Below, piece by piece: positions 37,041-50,049 of a DNA stretch of 64,000 bases. Under the pieces are notes generated by a model that was given only the letters and a program-made list of their open reading frames with translations, searched no databases and was not told where the DNA came from. Both the position numbers and the translations under genes were made by a program. Within the stretch, counting starts at the first letter, position 1; the number at the start of each line of letters is the position of its first letter. Origin of the DNA: Leucoraja erinacea (Eukaryota); contig NC_073409.1 of assembly GCF_028641065.1 (NCBI RefSeq), positions 4,340,001-4,404,000 on the forward strand. Reading direction: 5' to 3'.

Positions 37041-37172
37041 ACCATATCGCTTGAACATTACATCATTATCTTCATTAATCTTTCTGTATTTGTCCTCCAT
37101 GAGCGGACTGTGCTCAAAAGAATCATCTGGTTCAGGACTATCACAGTCATTATGTCCTTTCTTTCTTAAGGT
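37041..37172 (-). CDS. MEF2A: MEF2A mutually exclusive exon, alpha1 type (44 aa [44 protein letters not shown])
   Basis: gtatttcag|ACCTTA...TATGGT|gtaagt; 132 nt, phase 0/0, open frame. Confidence 0.95.
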
Positions 37173-37667
37173 CTGAAATACAATTGGAAAATTCACACAA
37201 AACTACAAACCTGCTGTGTTAATAACCGTTCACTGACAGATAATCACGTCATGACACCCTCACCCACCATCACCACCAAACGTACCGGGGTGCAGAATTA
37301 CGCCTCTCCACCCTTCAATGAAAGTATCTTCGCTAAAATCAAATCTATGAATTTATTTTTGTAAACGGGTTTAAGACAACCGAGTTTTAGACAGCGCTAA
37401 AAAGACGCTTTTCTCCTTGCTCCTGATGGGCCAAAGGTACAGAGGTTTGAAGGAACACATCACTCAGGGACAGCTTCTTCCCCTCAGTTATCAGGCTTCT
37501 GAACAGTACTTTGCAGAAAGCTAGAGTACCTTCCATTTCTCCATTGATGTTGACATTGGTCTCTGGAACTGATGCACTACAATGCTAATGTATTCTGCAC
37601 TTTGTACCTTTCCCCCCTTGCTTTGCCTATTGTACTTAAGTTTGACTTTATTGTATTTATGTATAAT

Positions 37668-37794
37668 CAGTGGCGGACTAGCCTGGGTGTCAGCTTGCCC
37701 GATGGCAAGTGGGCCCCTGATGAAGTGGGCCCCTGATGAAGTGGGCCACCTTTGTCTGCTGGCAACCAATATTTTTAGACCCAGTCCGCCACTG
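37668..37794. mobile_element. Small hAT-like MITE (127 bp)
   Basis: TIR CAGTGGCGGACT; perfect 8-bp TSD TGTATAAT; internal 16-bp tandem repeat AAGTGGGCCCCTGATG. Confidence 0.88.
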
Positions 37795-38235
37795 TGTATA
37801 ATAATACATCAGATCTGTTTGGATAGCATGCAAAACAATGCTTTTGGTACACATGACAAAAATAAACCTAAACATGGGACCACCAGCTGTGTGAAGGAAT
37901 ACACTTGGAAAATTCACATAAAACTACAGACCTACTGTGGCAATAACTGTTTACTGATAGATAATTAAGTAATGACACCCACACCGACCACAAAACGTAG
38001 CGGGGTGTTAAATTATGCTCGATAGCTTCCATGAGTAACTGGAGTCGGCAGGACTCTAAGTGAGCACATGCTGTGGACACGCACACATCGCTACCCACTC
38101 ATCCCCAAGCCACAGCGACCATCCATCAGTCTCAGGCTGGGGCAGGTCCATCACGACATCATTCACCATTCAAGACTGATGCGATACCAACGCTGGCGTT
38201 TTTGGAGCTCTGGACAAGCAACGATAACATAGAAC

Positions 38236-38450
38236 AAACACAAAATGCTGGACTAACTCAGCGGGACAGGTGGCGTCTCTGGAGAGAAGGAATGGGTGAT
38301 GTTTTGGGTCAGACTCCCGTCTGAAGTCTGAAGAAGGGTCTCGACCCGAAACGTCGCCAATTCCTTCTCTCCAGAGACGCCACCTGTCCCGCTGAGTTAC
38401 TCCAGCATTTTGTGTCTATCTTCGGGTTAAACCGGCATCTGCAGTTCCTT
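38236..38450. mobile_element. Penelope-derived palindromic element
   Basis: Inverted arms sharing private substitutions. Related foldbacks at about 19330-19550, 33815-33920, 45590-45802, 47263-47430, 50788-51005 and 58170-58335. Confidence 0.8.
38328..38355 (+). ncRNA. Minimal hammerhead ribozyme-like core
   Basis: CUGAAGA-A-GGGUC-UC-GACCC-GAAAC-GUC in the right arm of a foldback. Confidence 0.5.
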
Positions 38451-41400
38451 CGTGCACATAACAGAACAGTACAGGAACGGCCCTTCAGCCACAATATTCT
38501 GCCAGCCATGACGTCAAGATACTCTCACCTTATTTGCCTGCACTTGATCCATATTCCACCATTCTCTGCATGTCTATGCACCTATCGAAAATACTCTTGC
38601 CACTATCGTATCTGACTCTATCACCACCCCTGACAGCGCATTCTTGGCACCTACCACCCTCTGTTTAAAAAAAAAAAACTTGTCCCCACATCTTTTTAAA
38701 CTTTGGAGGTAGACAAAAGTGCTGGAGAAACTCTGCGGGTGCAGCAGCATCTATGGAGCGAAGAAAATAGGCAACGTTTCAGGCCGAAACCCGAAAGGGA
38801 AGGAAATAGGCTTGAAGTTGAGTTTATTGTCACACGTACAGGGAGAGGTACAGCAAAAAGCTTCTCGTTACGTGCTTTTCCAGTCAATGGAAAGACAACA
38901 CATGATTACAATCGAGCCATCCATGATCGAATGGCGGAGCAGATTCGATGGCCCGACTAGCTTAATTCTGATCTTATGATCTGACGCTAATATAAAGCAC
39001 ATTTTGATCGGCAGCAATGTGGCTTAATTGTAATTTTTGAAAAAGGTCTTACTTTATGTAAATAATTATACAATGAGGTGCAGTCGCAATCAAAGTGTAT
39101 CATTAGTGCAAAGTGATTTGACTCTACACCAACGGTGCAGTTAGACTGCAAATGTTCTGCATTCTTGCATCAAGTGCTGATTTGACACCAGAAGGAAACT
39201 CGGTGAGACTCCCCCTAGGAGGTAGCTCATCTGTTTTGCTTAAGAACCATCTTGGACCACACGACCCAATTTACACTCCAAGATTAGCACTGGTGTGAAG
39301 CTTTGTACAGACAAAAAATTTGCAGAGTGTGAACTCACCCTTGGAGGAAGCATAATTAACACTAAAGCAGATAGCGTTTTCTTGACTCATTGTGTAGTGA
39401 TCTTCTAAACTGCATAACGTGCTGAAAAATATCTAACTCATAGTTCCAAGTGAGAATTCCATTGCAAGTTAGAGCAATCAATGAGCTGAATGGCCAGTTG
39501 CTCAGCTTGAAATGTTTATTTCTCACAACTATTGCTGGAAACGTGAAGTTTAATTTAAAAGAGATAATATCACAATATACAGTACTTCATTTATATTTTT
39601 CCAGGTACAGCACACATTACTGTTTATTTATATCAGGGCACAAGGTGCAGTTTTATTTGTGGTTTTGAATCGACTTGGTCTCTCTTCCAACCCATTTCCT
39701 GTTTACAGATTCTTCAACTGTTTTGGACTCAGTTTATTATGAACCTTTTTTTTTTTAAAGGTATAACACAACAGGCATTGGACTGTAATTGCCTTTCATG
39801 CATTTGCTGTATGTGACTGTAGGTTTCAATACCATTACATCTGGAATACTTTCACAACTATTTTGGACCACTACACACTCCAAGATTAGCACTGGTGTGA
39901 AGCTTGGTATAGGCAACTGGGGAGTTCATTGATTGAATTGATTGAGAGATACGACATGGAAACTGGCCCTTAGTCCAACCAAGTCCATCGTTGACCACCG
40001 ATCACCCATTGACAATAGTCCTATGTTAGCTCACGTTCTCAACAACTCCCGACCACACCAGGGGCAACTCCACACTGACCACTGATCACCCATTGACAAT
40101 AGTCCTATGTTAGCCCACGTTCTCAACAACTCCCTACCACACCAGGGCCAATTTACAATTTACAGGGTTTATTCCACGAGTACAGTCAGGATATAATGGG
40201 GACATATCACCCCAACGTTCACTGCACCCTCTATCTCCACAGGGTGCTCAGTAGCATGGTTGTCATTTCCTTTGGCCCACCGTGGTATTGGTAGGGACAG
40301 GAAGATGGCAGGCTATCAGACCACCTCCCCATTGTCCTAAGCGTAAAAGATCAAAGGGAAGAGCACAGGATGGGAACATGATTGGGGACCATCGTTGCTG
40401 TCACCCTCCTGATCCAAGGCAATTGTTGGGGCAACAACCAAGACAACCTGTCGTCCCAACAGTGTTATAAATCCACCACGAAACTGAGCACCACCAAACA
40501 GCCTCTGAATAATTGCAACTAACATTTTCCACCAGCTTAATAGAAACATAGAAACATAGAAAATAGGTGCAGGAGTAGGCCATTCGGCCCTTCGAGCCTG
40601 CACTGCCATTTAATATGGTCATGGCTGATCATCCAACTCAGTATCCTGTACCTGCCCTCTCTCCATACCCCCTGATCCCTTTAGCCACAAGGGCCACATC
40701 TAACTTTTAAAATAGCGAATTATCCCTCTATTCCCAGATTTTCATCACCCCATATTGGTTTAATCTGTTAACTTTTATTTCAGCTTTCTATTCCTCTACT
40801 GGTCATTTTTCACTCTTCCACAGAAGGTGATTCATATTCATGTGCAATTCCTCACAGGGGAACAAATATCACATTGAAGCAGTCATTTCACACCTGTGAG
40901 TGTGCAGAGAAAGTATAGCTGGGCTCTTTCATCATCGACACCATTACAAGAGAGATGAATCTCATCTTCATTTGATACATGAATCAGTCAAAGTGGTCAA
41001 TGTTTAGAAGTGAATTGACAGGTACATGGATAGGAAAGGTTTAGAGGGATATGGGCCAAAGGTGAGCACATGGGACCAACTTAGAAGGTGCATCTTGATC
41101 GGCATGGAGGAGTTGGGCTGAGGGACCTATTTCCATGTCATGTGACTATGACTCTACGATATCCAAGGAACTCAACGCCACCCAGGTCAGAGTAGTCCAG
41201 ATGCACCTTAAACATCCACTCGCTCTTCCACAGGGCCTCTAGGAGTACAATTACAAGATGCAATCAGGCTTCTTCCAGAACACTTCCCAAAGATGGGAAG
41301 CCCACCAAGAAAAAAGACAAGCAAAGCAAGAACGTGTGAATTCCACCACTTGAAGGCTCCCTTCTGAGTTGCACAACATTCAAACGTGGAATGTTTAAGA

Positions 41401-41556
41401 GGAACTGCAGATGCTGGAAAATCGAAGGTAGACAAAAATGCTGTAGAAACTCAGTGGGTGAGGCAGCATCTCTGGAGCGAAGGAAATAGGCAACGTTTCG
41501 GGTCGAGACACTTCTTCAAACGTGGAATATACCTCGCTACCTGGTCATCATCATGT

Positions 41557-41872
41557 ACGGCACAGTGGCGCAGTAGTAGAGCTGCAAGCTCTTAGTGCCA
41601 GAGACCCAGGTTCAATCCTGACTACAGGTGCTGTCTGTGCAGAGTTTGTACGCTCTCCTTGTGACCACAGGGTTTTCCTCCGTGTGCTCTGATCTTCTCC
41701 CACATCCCAAAGACGTGCGGGTTTGTAGGCTAATTGGCTCCTGTAAATTCCCCCCAATGTGTAGGACACGAAGGTAAGATAGCATAGAACTTGTGTATGG
41801 GTGATCGATGATTGGTATAGACTCAGTGGGCCGAAGGGCCTGTTTCCACGCTATATCTCCTAAACTAAACTA
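41557..41872 (+). mobile_element. tRNA-derived SINE (HE1-like)
   Basis: Full-length copy; another plus-strand copy at about 60485-60745. Confidence 0.85.
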
Positions 41873-44152
41873 CTGTTTCACCCGACAGAAACACAGTTTC
41901 ACAGAGATTTGAATTTTTTTTTAATCTGAAGCAGAAGGATTGCGGTTTTGGGGAAGAACTTGACAGAGGTTGTGCCTCTTATGTGCTAACTCTGCCCGAA
42001 CATCCACTATTCTGTGGACAGTCACTAAATCAGCACATGGTAAACAGGCGCTGTCATCTCTAACACCTGTCAGAAGTTCAAGGCCTTGATCTTCCCTCCC
42101 CAGCCAATGGGCAGGGCACTCTGCTCACCATGGCCTTACATGGTTCTGTTATTTGGTACCATGAAGGTCATGAAGTTCGAGCCCAGTGTCTTCCTGCTGC
42201 CAACTCAGACAGTTCCCAGCATTGATACGAGCAAAGCAAATATTCACCCTCCACTGGGAAAAAAGCTCAGCACACAGGCTTGTGCTACCACTTCTGGAAG
42301 CTGCCACTCGATTGGACTCGGGAGGGGCTGTTGTCAACACAAGGGAGCTGCAAGCAACAGCACTCCATTAAAAGATAACACACCATGCCGCCTTGCCGAT
42401 ATCCAAGTCCTGTCACCTTATCACCACTTCAGCTTCAGCTTTCAGCCCCAAAGCCATGAAATTATTCTGTTCTTTTGTATCATTAGTCAGTCGCACAATA
42501 GCGTGAGCCTTGTTCCGTGCACAAGAGTACATCTGGAATGCTGTAATCTGTTAACAAGGCCCGGCGAGGCTTCGCAAGAGATACCAGCCTCCATTTGCTC
42601 AGAGGCTGGGATTTTTTTTTTTCCCTTTGATAAGAGCAGTGCTCAGTAAGAAACACAGAGCTGGTGCTCGTCAAATCTGCAGCTCACTTATAGAGTGGTT
42701 CACGGAAGAAAAAAAACTCCACAAGACGTGTTTGGTTAAATTTATTAAACAAAAAATAAATCATTTGCGGATTCTTTCTCATTGCCGTTAAGCTGAATTT
42801 GTCATGAAATAATGACAATTCTACTTGTTGAGAAAATCAGATATTTTTTAAAAGTCAAAGTATAGCTGTAAGCCATCACAAACACAAAGGGCTGACTGCT
42901 TCAATAACATGCAGAATTCACTGCACTTCAAGCTTAAGTGGGAAAGGTTTGAAAATCAGGACTGTTAGTCACGATTATGGGGATATAAACTAATTGGAGT
43001 CAACTTTAATATCAATGACCGGTCATTCATGTTTTATTATTCTCCCAGAATATTGTAGACTGGTACTATTTCTGTACCTTGCTTGTTATTTCATTTATTT
43101 TATCTTATTCCTACATTCTTCTGAAGTCACTAATTTACATGGGAATCCAATGCCATACATCTTAAGTGCTCAGGGACCTCCTTCACACAGCTATTTCTTC
43201 AGGATTAGCAATGACAACAGACATCTACGCTGCACCATTCTAAATCCCAGGCCACTTCACAGAGGTGCAAGCAGAAAAGTCAAGAGTCAGGAGCGTCGAT
43301 AGTGTTTAATTGTCATAGATGCCAACAAAGGAACAATGAAATTCTTACATCTTATGTTCCTACTTGCAGCAGCAAAATATAATAAACAAAATATCAATAA
43401 ATCAATAACCACAACACTAATGCAAAAAAAAGCCCCGAGTGCTGCAATCAAAGACATTCCATAAGAGCCACAAATTCATAAACTAGTAATAAAAATAAAT
43501 CAGAAATAGAAATACTGCCCGTTTGCCTCCTGCTGGTCTAGGTCAGCTGAAGGGGCTGGACCCGAAATGTCACCCATTCCTGCTCTCCAGAGATGCTGCC
43601 TGTCCCGTTGAGTTACTCCAGCATTTTGTGTTTTTCTGCCTTTTTTAATACTGCACCCAAGAAACAGAACAGAGTCATGTAATGCTGTCCAGTGATCAAT
43701 CTTTTTTACCTTGACGAAACTAATATAACATGTATTTCCACAGACAAATCCTGCAACATTGAAAGACACAGCATGGAAACAAGGCCTTTGACCCACTGAC
43801 TCCACATCAACCATCGATCGCCCATTCACACCAGTCCTACTTTATCCCACTTTTACATCCACAAATTGACGGAAGCCAATTACCTACAAAACTGACCTGT
43901 TTTTGGGTGTGAAGGGCACTGAAAACCCACGCAGTCACAGGGAATGTGTAGGAAGGAACTGCAGATGCTGGTTTACACCGAAAATAGACACAAAATGCTG
44001 GAGTAACTCAGCGGGACAGGCAGCATGTCTGGATAGAAGGAATGGGTGACTTTTCGGGTCGAGACCTTTCGTCAAACTGACAGAGAGAATGTGCAAACTC
44101 CGCGCAGACAGCACCTGTGGTCAGGATTGAACCTGCGTCTCTGGCGCTGTAA

Positions 44153-44383
44153 AGGGCCTATTCATGACCTAATTCACAACCTCTGCCGTGTTTGCCCTTG
44201 ACTCGTACTCGCTGCATGATCGTCACAAGGTCGCAGGAGGTCGTAGGTAAGTCGTAGCAGGTTGTGATGCTAGTCGTAGGTACTCGTGGCATCAAGTAGG
44301 TTGAGGCGTTTTTTCTAGCATGATGAAAAATGTCCACGAGTAAAAAAGTTCGTGAATTAGGTCGTGAAAGTGGGACAGGCCCT
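44153..44383. mobile_element. PIF/Harbinger-like MITE, type B, inserted in a SINE
   Basis: Ends AGGGCCT.. / AGTGGGACAGGCCCT; left TIR partly deleted; flanks TAA / CAA. Confidence 0.7.
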
Positions 44384-45274
44384 CAAGACTACAATTCAAC
44401 CCGTCACACCCTGTACTGCCCTATGCCAACACATTGAATGGATATCAAAAGGCTAAGTGTAAACGGAGCACAGCTACAAATACTAGCTTAATAATATAAT
44501 GAAAATGCTTAGCAACTTAGGTAATAACCATTTACAATTTTGTGACTTTAGTACATAATACAGAATAAGCATTTTGGAGTCCTTATTCAAAATTTGCACT
44601 TTGCAATTTCCTTGCAATTGTAGGAAGTCTGCAATATAGATGCAAGGTCTTGCTTATTCATGGTAATACCAGTTGTAGCATTCTGTCCAATTTCGAGCAT
44701 TACAAAGGCCCTGGAGAGGGCGTGCAGGCAATAGAATAGAATGATACCAAGCAGGACACTAATGAGAAAGGGTAAGTCTGAATCATTTGTTCACTGTACA
44801 GCAGATAATGTTAATAAGGGATGTGCTAAAGTGTTCAAGAGGTAAAAAAGTACGAGAATCGATTTCCACAGGCAGTCAGGGGATACATTTTAGGCAATTA
44901 ATAAATGAATCAGGTAAAATATGTTTTTCAATACAGCATGCTATTCCGATCTTGAATGCCCCTTCTAAAAATGGCGGAATGGGAAGCAGTAACATCCTTC
45001 AAAAAATAAATTGAATAAATATTTTAAAAGGTAATGGTTGCAGGACTGTAGGGAAAGCAGAAGGTAGAGAGACTAATTTAATAATGCTTTCAAATAAACT
45101 ATATGGGCACAATGGACTTAAAAGGTGGCTTGTATATTTCCATCAAGTGTGTCCTATCCTGCATAATGTCACAAACTGAACCTAAATTAGTGATTCTGCA
45201 TTAACTGAAGTACAGAATAATCCCAACAATATTAAAGCAAGCTACCCAGCTGATGTGTGGAAAAGAACTGCAGA

Positions 45275-45585
45275 TCCAGAACCAGGGGGCACAGTCTTAG
45301 AATAAAGGGGAGGCCATTTAAGACTAAGGTGAGAAAAAACTTTTTCGCCCAGAGAGATATGAATTTGTGGAATTCCCTGCCACAGAGGGCAATGGCAGCC
45401 AAATCACTGGCTGGATTTAAGAGAGAGTTAGATAAAGCTCTAAGGGCTAGTGGAATCAAGGGATATGGGGAGAAGGCAGGCATGGGTTATTGATTGGGGA
45501 CAATCAGCCTTGATCGCAATGAATGCGGTGCTGGCTCGAAGGGCCAAATGGCCTCCTCCTGCACCTTTTTTTCTATGTTTCCATG
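45275..45585 (+). mobile_element. CR1-type LINE 3' fragment
   Basis: SRTRGHSLRIKG..FFAQR..NLWNSLP. Confidence 0.85.
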
Positions 45586-46327
45586 CTGATATACACTGAA
45601 AATAGACACAAAGTGCTGGAGTAACTCAGCCGTTCAAGCAGCATCTCTGGAGAGAGGGAATCGGTTTTGTTTTGGGTCGGAACTCCTTCTTCAAACTCCA
45701 GTCTTCAGAGTTGGGACCATTCTTTACCCAAAACATCATCCATCCTTTTACTCCAGAGATGCTGCCTGACCCACGGAGATACTCCAACACTGTGTGTCTA
45801 TCTATCCAGCTGATAATATTTAGAATATTAGACTGAAATGAATATCACCCTCCTAGCCTTCCTGACTACACACTTCCTGAAAAACAATTGTATAAGGACA
45901 TTAAAATGAAATGAAATATTTCAGGACTCCCACAATGATCACTAATTCAGTGTTATACAATATTCCTGCTGAATATAGATCCCAATCATTTTGAGACTTT
46001 AATATGATCTATAACTTCCACGATTATCGTGGTGCGTTCAGACATATGCTGTATTGCAAAAAATACAACCAACGAGCCGAACTTGGAAAGCATCCAGTTG
46101 ATGAAAAAACGTCAATTATTTTCCCTGTGGATTATTGCACTGCAATATAAATTTCACCGTGATAAAAAATTCAAATAACACGCACAACGCTCAGAATGAT
46201 CCAGAGCTCAGATACTATTTCATACGTTTTACAAATAAGTTGCTTTTCTTTCCGCTCATGTGGAAGAATGTTATGCAGTGATTTGGAACAGTGAATAAAT
46301 TAATATTATGTGTCACGGTTTGCATTA

Positions 46328-46616
46328 AGGGCCTGTCCCACTTACGTGATTTTTTTCGGTGACTTGCCGGCACCCGTCATAGTCGCGGCAGGTCCCCGCA
46401 AATTTTCAACATGTTGAAAATCCAGCAGAAACCAGAAAAAGGTACGACTCTTTGGGCGACTACTCACGACCATTCAGGAGTCACCCCACGCAAAGAGTCG
46501 TACCTTTTTCTGGTCGTCATTGGATTTTCAACATGTTGAACATTTCCGGCAACCTGCTACGACTATGACGGGTGCCGGCAAGTTGCCGAAAAAATCGAGT
46601 AAGTGGGACAGGCCCT
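46328..46616. mobile_element. PIF/Harbinger-like MITE, type C (almost entirely hairpin)
   Basis: TIR AGGGCCTGTCCCACTTAC; arms of about 125 bp; TTA duplication. Confidence 0.85.
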
Positions 46617-48019
46617 TTAATGTGGGACACTGTGTGATAATGACACATGCAATGGGAAAATTAAAATCTTTCATAATATAAAAATAAAATAGAATTTAAA
46701 AAATTCATATTCTCTCTCACTCATCTTCCAGCCTCTCACTTAACACACATTCCTGGCACCCCTTGTCGAGGCTAAGATGCTCATTGCCAGAAATAACAAG
46801 TTAAATGGGGAAAATCACATGTAACAAATGGTGAATAAATAACTGATCGAAATATAATAAATAGAACAGTGTCAAATTATAAAATGAAGCTCAAACTGTT
46901 GATGGCTTCATAAATGGTGGCATGTTGTCATGGCAACGTTGTGAATCAAGAACTGTGTTATGATTTTTTTTTTTTTTTAAATCCCCAACCATAATTCCCT
47001 GCTATATTGCAAAGTAATGCAATATAATTGCTCCGATGCCCAGTATACCAACATCTGGCCTGCACTAGAGTGCCTGCAGCTGGAATTCCATACATCTGAT
47101 GTGAGGGCGGGATTGAGAGATTACGGGCATTCATGATGAGAGAAATGGGTTAATGGGAAGTGGTGGTCACAGCAGCGTGGATGAAAGTAGGTTACAGCCA
47201 TGTATGGGAGTACTGAGCCAAGATCTGTACTTCAGCACGTCCAGCTTTCATCAGACTGTACGTGTAGAAAGGAACTGCAGATGCTGGTTTAAACTTAAGA
47301 TAGACACAAAAAGTTGGAGTATCTCAGCGGGACAAACAGTATCCCTGGAGACTCGACCCGAAACATCACCTATTGCTGTTTGTCCCCCCTGAGTTACTCC
47401 AGCTTTTTGTGTCTATCTTCGGTTTAATCAGACTGTATCTGTGCAGTTCCTATCAAAACAACAAACTCCTTCAAAAGATGTTGTAATTAATGAGGAACAC
47501 AATACCACGTACACGTCATGCCGCGGAATAGCAAACATCTGACCCGACATCACATGATTATGCTCTTGTGAATATTCCATTCAACTAGAGTGCGGCACAG
47601 ATCACATTTTCCTCTCAACTGGACTTAAGGTTTTTAAAATCCATTTTGAAAATCCGGTTTTTAAATCCATGTTGAGAATCTGGTATTACACAACGGAACC
47701 ACAATGTTCAGCAGGAATGTTCAGGGCGACACAGTGGTTTTTATTTTAGCTGGATTTATCACCATAGCTGGTGATTTTGTTCCACATCTTTGCCAACATA
47801 GAACAGACCAGAAAACAATCACTACACATGTTCATCATACCAATAACGAGGCCAGCAGCATAAACTGAAACATTACCTAAAACAGAAACCCACCTTTATG
47901 GGTGATGATGGGTCTATATATAAGTCACTTTTGTCTTCACTTTCTACAGATAGAAATATTTATTTCTCTTTCCACCTGGGAGTTTCAACAATGGGACTAA
48001 TTCAAACAATATACTGTGA

Positions 48020-48225
48020 ATGAACCCCCACACCTCACCTGTATTCACCTATCACCTGCCAGGCTTTGTCCTGCCCCACCTCTCTTTCCAGCTTTCTCCC
48101 CCTATTCCACTCGATCTGAAGAAGGGTCCCGACATGAAACATCATCTGTCTATTCCCTCCACAGATGCTGCCTGATCTGTAGAGACCCCCCCAGCTCTTT
48201 GTGTTCTGCTCAAGATTCCAGCATC
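48020..48225 (+). mobile_element. Penelope-like terminal fragment, second subfamily
   Basis: Similar to 13580-13800 inverted; contains CTGAAGAAGGGTCCCGACATGAAACATC. Confidence 0.6.
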
Positions 48226-50049
48226 AACACCCAAATCAGTGATATAGATTGTAAACGCAATAGATCCCTGTGGCACCTTAATAGTCACAGCCTCTCGATG
48301 TGAAATGACTTGTTTATTCCCACAACATTTTCTATCTGTCACCCTAACGTTATTTGGTAACCTCTTCTGTGGCATCAAAGACCTTCCTCAAGACAAATCC
48401 ACTATGTTGGCTGGTTCTCACCAACCCACCCCCCTCATCCTCACCCTATCCCCTCCCCCACCTCCCACCCACGCGGTCAGGGGGAGAACATACAAACTCC
48501 GTACAGACAGCACCCGTAGTCAGGATCGAACCCGTGTCTCTGGTGCCGCAAGCGCTGTGAGGCAGCAACTCTACCTCTGCACTGAATTTGATAACATGAC
48601 TTCCCTTTTGTAAACCCACACCAATCCTGCACAATCCTGTCATTAATTTGTTTTTGACATGCGCTGCTACTATTTCTTTAATAATAAATTATAAATGATG
48701 TAAAGTTTTACGTTCCACTTTTGAAGACAACAAAATATTCACAATCTATCTAATCTCATCTCACACAGACCACACAACCCATGTTGTAGAACAAAATTGA
48801 TAATTAGATGAGAGTAAATTAATTACAGTTGGGCAATATAAATAGCGACGTATATTTTCCATTCATAAATAAAACTAATGTAACAATTATGTTATCGTCC
48901 AATTCATTATGCTACCCAAGTCAAGTTTAAAACATGTTCAATAATTTTCCTCCTCAGATGACAATGTAGAGTTAATAGTCGAGTTTTCATCAATATGCTG
49001 GAGTCCCGCAAGATGCCTTTCCTTGAATTGGAGGATGTGTTTTCCAAACTTGTAAAGACAAAAATCTTCAGTTTGCTGTCCAGAAAGCTTTTCCTCCTCA
49101 GTGTTAGCTCCTATGCCAGTTTCCTGATTCAATCTTCCCAAAACGCTCAATAAGTATAAGACAAACAGAGGAAGCAACTGAGTTAATCTACAAGACAACT
49201 GCTGCTCTTCAGAGACCTCTAACTCCCAGGGTGCGCTGGACAGCTGGTTCCAGCCTTCAGTTCTCATGCTCTTCCTAACCTTTGTCTTCATTCCTGGCCT
49301 CTTCATCATTTCAGAATGTTCATAAGTTGTAGGAGCAGAACTAAACCATTCGGCCCATCAAGTCTACTCCGCCATTCAATCATGGCTGATCTATCTTTCC
49401 CTCTCAACCCCATTCTCCTGCCTTCTCCCCATTACCCTTAGCACCCTAACTAATGAAGAACCTATCAATCTCCACCTTAAAAATATCCATTGACTTGGCC
49501 TCCACAGCCACCTGTGATAATGAATTGCACAGAATTCCACAGATTCAATAGACAATAGACAATAAGTGCAGGAGTAGGCCAATCGGCCCTTTGAGCCAGC
49601 AAACAAATTCTCAACATGTTTGCTTCCACATAGTACATGTGTTTCGTCTCCATTAGACAAAAGCTCTTGTGGCACAACCCCATTAGTTTCCATGGTCTGA
49701 AACAGAACTTATGCCCGAAAACTTCTTCTTCTTCTTGAGCACACACAAGATTAGAAATTGTTCAGCCCCAGCTGAACACACTTCTCAGCATCTACACATA
49801 ATGGTTTCTGACTTGTGCTTCTTGTACGTGGTGGTGGAGAGGTTGGTGGAAACAGGGCCGCGACATTAACGCTCTTTCCTTGAACCCCTCTGTCCAATAA
49901 CTAAAAACACCTGGGTCTGCTGCAATGTGTAAATCACGCCTAAAAATCTTCTTGCACTTATTTTAAAGTGCTGGTGCGCAGTTCCTGATGAAGTTGTCCT
50001 TGTCAGGAAAATGGGCACAGTATCTCCCATCATAATTGGGATTTGATCA

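Larger units (their letters stand above)
7496..37172 (-). other. MEF2A: MEF2A gene, 5'-partial (alpha exons to stop codon); MADS/MEF2-box exons not found in window
   Basis: Nine GT-AG exons in the order and intron phases known for vertebrate MEF2 genes. Peptides resemble MEF2A rather than MEF2C/D (ALNKKEHRGCDSP, KGMMPPL, SEEDELDM, C-terminal [14 protein letters not shown]). Confidence 0.95.

Noticed and set aside
37717-37747. Tandem CTGATGA in the small hAT MITE as a hammerhead or snoRNA
   Set aside because: No GAAA box or cleavage triplet follows; explained as a subterminal tandem repeat.
39991-40152. Short tandem duplications (about 84 bp here; also 5490-5536, 20570-20620, 31570-31656) as array-like systems
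   Set aside because: Two-copy local slippage with no spacers; vertebrate context, not CRISPR-like.
42086-42649. 187-aa plus-strand ORF
   Set aside because: Non-ATG start, no recognisable domain, antisense within an intron; treated as chance.
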